Assembly: GCA_026025795.1 (NCBI GenBank)
Contig: JAPEUG010000019.1
Span: 62,001-90,382 of the forward strand
DNA from: Thelocarpon superellum
Lineage: Eukaryota
DNA: 28,382 nucleotides
Direction of reading: 5' to 3'
Below are positions 10,876 to 20,494 of this stretch, one piece after another. How positions within the stretch are numbered: the stretch's first letter is position 1; the number at the start of each line of letters is the position of its first letter. Both the position numbers and the translations under genes were made by a program. The notes under the pieces were generated by a model that was not told the DNA's origin, ran no database searches, and saw only the letters and a program-made list of their open reading frames with translations.

Positions 10876-11831
10876 ATGACGGACTTCAACACGGTCATCA
10901 ACGCTCCTTTCGCCTTCTACCGCTATTGGCCGTCCCTCGTCGCGGCCATCATCTTCACCGTCCTGTTCATCCTGACGACGGGCGTGCATCTCGCGCAGTT
11001 GATCCGCAACCGCACCTGGTACTTCATTCCACTCTTCATCGGAGGATGCCGTACGTGTCTATTCCCCGGATGGTTGTGGCATGGCACGCTGACCGGCTAC
11101 CAGTCGAGTGCATCGGATACATCGCGCGGGCCATGTCCTCGAAGCAAACCCCGGATTGGACGCTGGGCCCCTTCATCGTCCAAGCTATTCTGCTGCTCGT
11201 GGCCCCGGCCCTTTTCGCCGCCACCATCTACATGAGCCTGGGACGCATCATCCTCTCGGTGGATGGTGAGAAGGTGTCGCTGATCCGGAAACGCTGGCTG
11301 ACCAAGCTGTTCGTGGCGGGGGATGTCTTTTCGTTCCTGCTCCAAGCCTCCGGTGAGCCATTGCCCTCCCTGGATGACGCACTTTGACCCGCCCACTGAC
11401 GATCATCAGGCGGTGGCATCATGGCCGGCAAAACGGTCAAGGCCGTGAGCCTGGGCCAGAACGTCATCCTCGGCGGACTGTTTCTGCAGCTCATCTTCTT
11501 CGGCCTGTTCATAGCCGTGTCCGCCGTCTTCCAGATCCGGCTACAGAAGCGTCCCACGCCCCTCGCCATGTCTCTCGACAACCCGTGGCGCCAGCGCATG
11601 GCGGTGCTCTATCTCGCCAGCGCCCTGATCATGATCCGATCCATCTTCCGCGTGATCGAGTACCTGCAGGGCAACGCGGGATATATCCTCCGACACGAGA
11701 TCTTCCTCTATCTCTTCGACGCGGTGCTCATGTTGGGCGTCATGGTGCTGCTCAACATCAAGCATCCTGGTCGGATCGCGGCCATGTCTAGTCGCAAGAA
11801 TGGGTCCGACAGTGGCCTGCCGATGGCTTAG
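10876..11831 (+). CDS. RTA1: RTA1-family (Rta1/Rsb1/Rtm1-like) 7-TM lipid-translocating/resistance membrane protein; exons 10876-11050, 11104-11352, 11410-11831; ~281 aa
   Basis: Motifs include FYRYWPSLVAAIIF, GGCLECIGYIAR (spliced), LLVAPALFAATIYMSLGRII, TKLFVAGDVFSFLLQASGGG, IRSIFRVIEYLQG..HEIFLYLFDAVLM and HPG. Introns 11051-11103 (GTACGT..CTGAC..CAG) and 11353-11409 (GTGAGC..CTGAC..CAG) restore a single frame. Confidence 0.92.
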
Positions 11832-13050
11832 GCCCTGATGTTCTCGCATGAAATGGAAAGGGGATGGAGAATGGCAGAATAGACGGGGAGTGACAAGCGG
11901 TACACCTTTGACAGATTGCAGTGTAATAATGGGCATATCAGGGGTTAGACTAGCGATCAGAGGACGGAGTATGTATGAGCGTACTAATGGGGCCAAACCT
12001 ATGAGGACTCATGGAACAGCCTACATACCATTCTCGTTCATTCGTTCGTTCATTCATTCTACAGATCACGCGATCCGATCGATCGAAACAAAAGACGGTC
12101 GAGTCATTTCATCATTCTGGACTGAAGCGCGACTGATGACTCTGATGAACTCCATCTAATCGTCTACCGCCCGAGCCCCGTCCGTGTGCAATGCGTTGCG
12201 TTGCAGGGCCGGGCAGAGCACAGGAACAAGTAGGGTCGCGTCGGGTCGAATCGAGAGTCGATTGGGCAGGAAAAGAGGAAATGAAAGAATTGGTCATGAA
12301 GTGGAAAGGTATCGGGAAAGGAGTAGCCCTATTCGGTGGTGGCATTTTTGGGGGGAAGGCTGAAGCTGATCAGGCGTCAATCAGATTCACAGCCGGGGCA
12401 GAGGTGAGTTGGGTGATTGAAGTGTGAAGGTTGAAAGGCTCACTCGTTCATCTAAAAGGGACGAGAAGGCGGATGAAGAGGTCGACAGGTCGTCTTGCGC
12501 CTTGACAGGTGCGTAGGCGTAGGCGTAGACAGAAGAATGATGATGTGTCCTGGATCCACTCTGAATCCGCTTCCATCCTCCTCTGCGCTTGAACATCTGC
12601 CTGCCTGCCTCTTAGGAACTTCTTCCTCATGCTGACTCGTCCGTCCATATGTGGCCTGTTGTCGGTCTAGGTAGCAATGACCGGGGATGCCGAATGGTGA
12701 TGGTCGAGAAGAGTGGAAGTGCAACAAATCGAATTGGCTTGGCAAAAGTTATGGAAAAGGCCGTCCGTCCGAGGGGGAAGAGGCAAAAACAATGCGCCTC
12801 GTAAACGCCAAATGTGGGGGGTGGGACGCATCCACAACCAAGCAGAGCCCATGCTCCGGGCAGCCAGGGTGAGAGCCAATGCTAGTGCAAAGAGCGAGAG
12901 GAAGTAGAAGGCCCACGCGCTGTTCAGTCCCGTTCCATGTCTGTGCAATGTGTAATCTGCAATATGCGCCGTGTCCTACCCGAGGTGCAGGTCAAAGATT
13001 CTCCGAAGACAGGCGCCGTCATCTCGTCGTCGTCGTCATCATCATGGTAC

Positions 13051-15425
13051 TCATTGGCGTCCGTCGTAGCGCCATGGGTTGATCACGTCATACGACGCGG
13101 CCCCAACGACCGAACCCATCGCGGTCAAGAGCGACGGGCCCGACGTCTCCGGGACCGTGAAGCCTTTGGCCATCTCCCCTTCGCAGTAGAGCGAGGCGCG
13201 TTGGTAGCGACGGTCGGCGTACTTGTCGTAGACAACGGCATGGTGCTGCTGCGGGTTGTCACAACATTCATGGAGCATCGTCAGGAGGGGCCGCAGCTGT
13301 CCAAAGGTATAGTTGGAGTAGTGGATGTGCGCCGGGGTCTGGCCATGGTCAGCGGGAGCACACGAGGATAGGGAGGGGCGTCGGAATGTGGGCGGGCCAT
13401 ACCCAGTCACCCTTCTTCAGCATCATCCGCGCCAGACAGTGGGCGCCTGCCGCGACGAAGCTCGGGGGACAGCCGACGAAGCGCTCGTCCATGATGGCCA
13501 CCTCGAGAAAGTACTTGGCCAGGGTGCGGATCTCGACGTCGTAGTCATCCGCCTTGCTGATGCGGCGCAGGAAGCTCATCGGGCCGGGCCATCCGAGCTC
13601 AAAGGAGAGCATGCTCAGCATGAAGCGCTCGGCCTTGAGGATCTCGTCAACGGTGTAGCCGCCGTCAACCATGTAGGCGATCTCGTGCACCGACGGACAG
13701 TTGATCTCCTCGTACTTGGCCGCGATGAAGATGGCCGTAGCCCCGACCAGCTGCAGCTTGCCCAGCGACACCACCTTGCACGACAGGAAGCGGTCGATGT
13801 AGTTGGCGCAGAGGAAGAGCGTCTCCGGTAGCAGGTTGAAGCGATGGTGCACCTGCATGATCCACTCCATGAGTACCGACCGCATCGACCACTGGATCTC
13901 CGCCTGGTTGTCCATGTAGTGCGCGTCGGGCAGCATCTTCGTCTCAAGCTCCTTCATGTACTGGAAGATGTCGTCGCCGTACTCCGCCACCATGGTGGGG
14001 TCCAGGTGCTCCTCCTCCACGTCCTCGGGCACGCGGCACGCCTCGACCACCTCCTTGGCGAGGGCCAGCTCCTTGCGGACCTTGGCCGTCACCTTGGGCG
14101 GCAGCACCGCTGTCGCCCCGCCCGTCGTATTGTCGCCGCCCGTCACGTTGTCGCCGACGGTCAGGTTCTCTCCACGCGACGGGTAGGAGCGCGCGGTCGT
14201 GTAGCCTTCCTCGTCGTACAGGTCCTCTTCCGGATCACCCTCCGCCTCGTCGTCCCAGTACTCCTCGGGCTCCGTCAATTCGGCCACGGCCAAGAGGTGG
14301 CTGGCGTATTCGGCCTTGGCGAGGGCCTCTTGTTCGAGGTGTCGGTCCCGCTCCGCCAGGAGCTCGTACATGACCATCTGGTTGTGTTCCTCTTGCGAGA
14401 GGGCCAAAGACTTAGATGGGCCATACTCCTTCTTCGCCGGAGCTGCCTCCGCGGACGCGTCGGGGCGCGCCGGGAACTGATGGTGCAGGATCTGGTGCGC
14501 ACGTTGTTCCGCTCGTACGTCCGCGACGTGGTCATCCTGGTCGTCGTATTCGTCATGGTCGTCGTGGTCCCGTGTCATCTCCGTCGGGGAGGGGCGGATC
14601 AGCTTGCTCTGAGTCTTGCGTAAGACGGGCACCTCGGGACGCAGGTGGGGCTGGCTCTTGTGGTGCCGCGGGGCCAGGCTCTGGTGCACGGGTGCTGTGG
14701 GATTCGCCGCTTGCGTCTCCTTCAATGCCTGCACCACCGGCTTGGAGGTATCGCTCGCGGGCGAGTCGTGATAGACGAGCGTATGACGCTTCCCGACGGG
14801 TCGGCGGGTGTTGGCCGCGTGGGCTGCTGGCTGTGGCTCCGACTGAGACGGCTTTGGGGCTGTGGTCCCCGTCGCAGCCGACGACACATTGCTGAGGAGG
14901 GCCTTGACGCCGGAGAGGGACAAGGGTCGCTGGGCGGGGCGTCGCAGCGGCGCTGGTTTGTTCTCGGCCTCAAGGGGGAGAGCTTTCTCCAGGACGGCGA
15001 GGGGATTCTTTAGGCCCAAGACCGAGTCGTCGTGGCTGGGCTGAAACGTTCGAGCCGTGCTGTTGGCCGTGTTGCTGACGTCGCCAAAGGCGGTACGCTT
15101 GGCCGCGGCCTTCAGGCCTCCGGCGCTCAGGAGGGTGGGAAGGGCGCCGGTGGACTTGTAGCGTTGGTGGAGCGACTTGCCCGCGCCAACCGGCACGTTC
15201 TCGTCCGCTCGCACTCGGATCGCTCGTGCAGGACGCTGCGGCTGCTCAATGGCCGGGTCAGTTCCGGATCGTTTGCGAGAGGGGGTAAAACGGAGGGGGA
15301 ATGAGAGCTTCATCTTCCGAATTCCTGGCCACGCTCCACCATCACGGGAAGTTGCACAGAAGGAGGGTCCTTGGGGGGAGCGAGGGGGAGGAGCTGAGAG
15401 AAGAGCAACCTACTTTGGCGTCCAT
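13051..15425 (-). CDS. CLB3: B-type (G2/M) cyclin, Clb3/Clb4-like; exons 15425-15414 (MDAK), 15241-13403, 13338-13051; ~712 aa
   Basis: It has the cyclin box WSMRSVLMEWIMQVH..LLPETLFL..KLQLVGATAIFIAAKYEE and GWPGPMSFLRRISKADDYD, plus a destruction box RTAFGDVSN (15097-15071). Intron 15413-15242 (GTAGGT..CTGAC..CAG) gives MDAK|PQRP..RADEN. Intron 13402-13339 (GTATGG..CTGAC..CAG) joins the C-terminal exon. Confidence 0.9.
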
Positions 15426-17540
15426 GATGGGTCAGAGACCGCGGTGGGTGGGCGGTGGTTCGAGGGGTTGATGGCTGCGCACGTCGCGATCTCTTCAGAT
15501 CCCACACATTCACCCTAGCGTCGGCGTGTGAAGCGGAAGAAGGACGGACGCCGATGGCCAAGCTGGAGAGGTTGACGATCTTGAACGCGTCCAGCAGTGT
15601 GAATGCCGCAGGCCAGTGTGTGCTGCAGCTCAAGCCGGTGGTGATGCCGTGCCACAGGCTTGGAGAGCTGGGCAAAGCACGACGGCCAGAATCTGGACCA
15701 AGTTCTTGTTGTTGTGTACGAGTGCCGCATCGCTTAGGACGAGGCGCGCCGAACAGGCACCAGACCATAGTACGAGTTCATGACCCTACCATAATACAGG
15801 CGTAAGGGCCGAGTAACAGAGGAGGTGGTCGTCTTCGCTCACCGTAGTCGTGCCTCGCCGTAGCGGCGGAGGTGCAAGTTCCTGCGTCGGTTGTCCCGCA
15901 ACAACCACACGGTCGCATACCCTCGCTTGGGGTAAACACCTTGCCTAGTTAGGAGAGTCGGCCATTCGGCTCGCCTCTCTCGGCGCCTCCGTCGCGTCTC
16001 CCCGCGCTCGCGACCGGGTCGGGCAGGAACCATGGCATCGCATGGATCAACGTCGATCTTGTGGATCCGTGATGGATGATGATCCTAGGCTGGTGACAAT
16101 GTTCTTCATATACTGTGCACCCGGATGGGCCCCTCAGCCCCATGGCTACGACGCGAATCGCGCATAAGCCAGATAGAGTGGGGTATGACACGGCGTCGAC
16201 GCCAGATCACGTGACTCCACCCTCTTCCTTGTCGATTGCCGACCGTCCTTCCTCCTGACGGACCGCCAGCGCGCCCCGAACTGGCCGAGAGCGACGAAGA
16301 GTCGGGAAGGGGGCAGAGGGCGGCAATGACCGCCATGATGGTCCAGAATCATTTCTACCAGCGTTGATCTCCGATAATCTCCTCGGCTGTGGGCCGAGCG
16401 CACTCAACGGCGATTGCCGACCTGCGACTCGCCGTTACGAGGCGGGCAGGAGTACTCCCGTAAGTTACTCGTGAAGCCTTTTCGACTAGAAATAGGCTCG
16501 AAACGAGAGCGAGGCGCAAGGGGAGGAAAATGGAAGGGGAGTGCCGGCGCAGGCGCAGAGACTTCTCCTCCGCGTCCTGCGACGCTGCGACGCCGCGAAG
16601 TCCGCCGCTCGGCGAGCCTATCATCTCGATCGTGCCCACACACCCACCCACGCTTCGCTACGCCCACATTCGTTCTACTGGGGGAAGGGGACGAAACGCG
16701 TGGTCGCGCTTGGACGATGAAAGGCTCCCGTCTGGCTAGATGGTCAATGCAAATGCAGGACGAGGCGGTCTATGCCCGCAGGCCCATACCACCCAGCCAG
16801 CTCGCCCTCCACCCAGGCGGCCAGGCGGCGAGGCGGCAACGCTGCGACCCGGCGGCGCTGCGAATGTGCTTACCGCTTTCGTCCTGTTGCGACAGCGTAG
16901 CCCGGACCGGGCGCACCGGCCTTCAGAGGGCCACCCGCCAAGAGCACGCCCCCACCAACCCCCCTTGTCCCAGGTGTGCGTGGGCTGTCTCGTACGAGCG
17001 TGCGCCGGGGGAATCGATGGCCCCGATGGAATCGTCGTAGGAATGGCCGCCCATTCACATGTCCGACTGGACCAGCGCTGCGACGCTCGCACAAGCTTTC
17101 GTCCACTTTGAGCCCGACCGCGTGAGGATCGCCCGATGGGCGTCAAGTTACCTGATGGAGCGATCGCAGATGCAGTGCCCCTGGGCCTGGTGCCTGCCGG
17201 CGATGACTCTGTCATGCCGATGTGCCGAGAATGCGAGCCGACGAGGGTGGCGGGAGACCGGGTGAAATCAAGTCATTGTTGGGGGCGTGCTCGCCCCACC
17301 CGTCCATCCCCACTATGAGTACTCGTTGACAAGGACGAATGACTACATCTACGGTGACGGCCAACGGCTGTCAGCGCTCTCTTCCTCGCACCTCCCTTGG
17401 TGGGTAGTGGTGCGCGGCGTCGTGTCCGGACCTAGACCAATGCGCGCGTCGGCTCGCTTCTTTCGGGGCGTCGGCGCGAGGCCGCTCGCTCGTACCTGAC
17501 ATTCTTGCCCTGGGTACCATCGATCTCCACACGCCCGCGT

Positions 17541-17571
17541 GGCGACCTGGCGACCCCGGCGACCTGGCGAC
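17541..17571 (+). repeat. Four GGCGAC units at 8-9 bp spacing
   Basis: The sequence reads GGCGACCT GGCGACCCC GGCGACCT GGCGAC. Confidence 0.75.
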
Positions 17572-18370
17572 GCTGGATCCTTCGCCAGGGTCGGGGACGG
17601 GTAGGAAGGCTCGTAGTTACCACACATGCTCCGACTACGATCGAGACCCGAGCGTTGCGTCGATCACCGCCAGTTCAACCAGAGACACGTCCGGGCGCGA
17701 GCCTACGATTGGTGAGGAATGCACGACCAGGAGCGTCGTCGCGCCACCTTGCCCCCCGGCCCAGAGGCACATGAAACCCGGCGCAAGCGACGACGGCGAT
17801 TAAACGCCGGGCGTCGCCTGCATGCCCATACGCCCACACGCCCACCGCTCGCCAGCGCTGGATCCGCGGCCGCACACGGGTCGAGCGACGGCCGCGACCT
17901 TGCGACGTGCGCCTGCCGCCGCTTCAGCCCACGGCGCGCGCACGCCGTCGATGCCGAGCACGTTGGCTGGGGCAGGAATTGGCCAGGCCGGGACGGCACT
18001 CGTACCGCCGTGCCTGGTCCCAAGTACTTTGTGCTTGTCCCTGGATCGCACGTAGCTCGATACATCCTGGTCGTCCAAGTATCAGCCCGCGTAGCGGTAG
18101 ATGAGCGTGGTCTGGCCACCATGCGCGGCCGCCGCAAGCAGCACAGTAACATAGTACGAAGTACGTGAACTCCGGCGCAGCTGGACCGACGACCAAGCGA
18201 GGGGAGGGTGTGAAGAGGCGGCGGCCGCTTCGCTGGCACTCGGCTCGTCCGTCCGCCCTCCAACCTCTTTCGCCAGGCCTCCCCTCCCCCGCCCATCCCT
18301 GCCCCACGCCGCGGGCGCTTCCCCTCATTGGTGCAGATGGACAGGTCCGAGCTATTCCTGTGTCTGCGCT

Positions 18371-18397
18371 GTCGCCCCGTCGCCCCGTCGCCCCGTC
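18371..18397 (+). repeat. (GTCGCCCC)3 tandem repeat
   Basis: The sequence reads GTCGCCCC GTCGCCCC GTCGCCCC GTC. Confidence 0.8.
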
Positions 18398-20255
18398 ATC
18401 CCTCCATTCTCCATTGGCCTGCAACGTCGGAGGGATCTTCTGAGCCTATGGGATGGTACGAACCTACCCAGCTCGGTCCGCCGTCGGGCTGGCCAGAGCC
18501 GACGCCTGCCCCCGCGACGACCGCGACGGACCGCCTGGAAAGTACGTTGTGCGAGTACTTCTACTTCTCTTCGACCGCCCACCACGCAACGGCGTAGCAC
18601 CGTCGCCACCACCGCGGCCAATTATTGCGACTCAAACGTCATTCGTCATTCGGCGCTCGTCACGAGTATGCCGCCATGACTGGTCACCGGCGCGCGGCGT
18701 GACACGGCCGTGCCCGCGAGCAGCCAGACGGACGAGCAGCCAGCACCAGCACCGGGATTCGTACCGCTACTCGTCGTCGCGGTAGTCAGATGCTGGGTTG
18801 AGTGCGACGATAGCATGCTATCCCACATCCGAGTAGGAGCGAAGGTCGGCAGGAGCAGGAGTTGCAGCCTCTGCGCCCTTCCAGGCCACTCCAGACGGTG
18901 CCGGCCTTTCGCAGGGCTTCTTATTGTCGCATCATGATCTCCGACCGACCTATGGTGAGGGAGCTCGATTCGGACGACTATTCCTGTCGCCCCCGGGCAC
19001 CGGCGCCCGCCCGTTTAGCTCTCGCCCTTGCTCGCCCTTTCGCCCTCTCGCTTTCTCCCTATCTCCCTCTCGCGCGCTTCGTTCATCTCGCGCAGGCCCG
19101 CCCCGGATGCATTTGCGCGTAACTGCTGGCCCATCGTCCACCACCCAATTGCCGCAGGTGCGAACTCGACGAGCGCCCCCCGTCCCAGTACGCGCGCAGC
19201 AGGGGCTCCGATGAATCATTCCCGCCCGCCATCGAGGATGCCACCAGCAACACGCAACCCGCAGCATTCACGTCGGCGGTCGACGATCGACGGTCGCACC
19301 GTGCGCGCGAGCCTGGCACCGTAGTCCGCGTAACTTATGGCCATCCTCGGTCGAGGTACTTTCGTAATGGTATCTCGTCACCGAGCGCCATCCCCCGTCG
19401 TCCTGCCCACCTGGGTTGGCTTGGTTGGCCGCCAATAGGGCGCACACTCACACTCTCCGCGCACCTGTGCAACCTTGCCGTTCGCTGCCTTGGCCGTGCT
19501 CTTTGCCTTTGCCGTTGCCGCCATCCCTCCTGCTTGCTGCTGCCCCGGGACGACTGCCGTGGCCAGCGCGGCGATCAACGGGCACAGCCAGGGACGAGGT
19601 ACCAAGTCCCAAGTACCGAGTACAGTCGACCAGACGTACCTACGCCTGTATCTTGAGCCCGGATGGTCATGGTAGTACTTCGTACCATCCACCCGACCAC
19701 CCACCACCCACCACCCGCCTCTGTCCATCCGCTACCTCGTCCAGCCGGAGGGAACGGTCCTGTAGGGTAGGCAGGTACATTCACTGCATCGGGAGTCCAC
19801 ACAACTCTCCTCTCTCCGCCGCCGCACCAGACGCCCACCGCCGACACACCCACTCGCACACTCCCTCACACACCCTTCTCCCCTGCGCCTCTGCCTCTTC
19901 TCTTCTCTCATCGTCCGCTGCGCTGCGCCCATCCCAGTCGTCCACCTTCTCGTCGCACCACTCCATCCATCTTGTGTGCCCGCCCTGCGCATCCCCACGG
20001 CCCTGACGAACCACGCACCGCCGGTCTCGTCGCCCATGCTCGTCGTCGGCTACTGATCCGTCACCCTCCCATCGCCGTCGCCGGTGCGCTGCTCCACCGC
20101 TCCACCATCCATCCTCGCCCACGACGCCAGCTACACCGCGCGGCTGCCTGTCTCTCCTCCACGGCCGCGGCCGTGGCCCGGAGCATCCGCGACGCTCTCG
20201 CTTCGTACCCGTCGCACCTCTCTCTCTTCCGGCCTCGCCGCCGGCGCCTCCATCC

Positions 20256-20482
20256 GTAAGTTGCCCCAGTCTATCCCCTCCCCTCTCATCTGAATTGCGA
20301 GTCTCGTGCATCATGGCGGTCGCCCATGTGATGACGCGTGCTTGCCCTCCTGAGCACGGTGTCGCATCATCACGGCGTCCGCTGGTGCATCTCGCCACTC
20401 TTGAGCCTCGCAGCCGGCGATGGGGCCTCGCGGCGTGCTCCTTTCCTCCCTCCAGCGGTAGCTAACTGATGGCCGGTCGCAG
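20256..20482 (+). other. Probable 5'-UTR intron (227 nt) of the downstream Zn2Cys6 gene
   Basis: There is a perfect GTAAGT donor at 20256, a GCTAAC branch site at 20461, and a CAG acceptor ending at 20482, 12 nt before the ATG at 20495. Confidence 0.65.
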
Positions 20483-20494
20483 GAAAAGAGCATC

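Noticed and set aside
12030..12530. (TTCR)n at ~12033-12059 and (GCGTAG)3 at ~12510-12527
   Set aside because: These are ordinary microsatellites in a terminator region, not CRISPR or mobile-element ends.
12537..12565. ATGATGA...CTGA resembling C/D snoRNA boxes
   Set aside because: The spacing is far too short and there is no terminal stem; this is likely cyclin 3' UTR or intergenic sequence.
15242..15313. Track start MKLSFPLRF for the cyclin
   Set aside because: It lies inside a well-signalled intron; the MDAK micro-exon gives a more plausible N-terminus.
16414..20398. ORFs of 150-208 aa in the large intergenic region (e.g. 16414-17040, 17703-18296, 19416-20006, 19781-20398)
   Set aside because: Most start at non-ATG codons, have low-complexity R/P/A/S composition and lack family motifs; such ORFs are expected by chance at this GC content.
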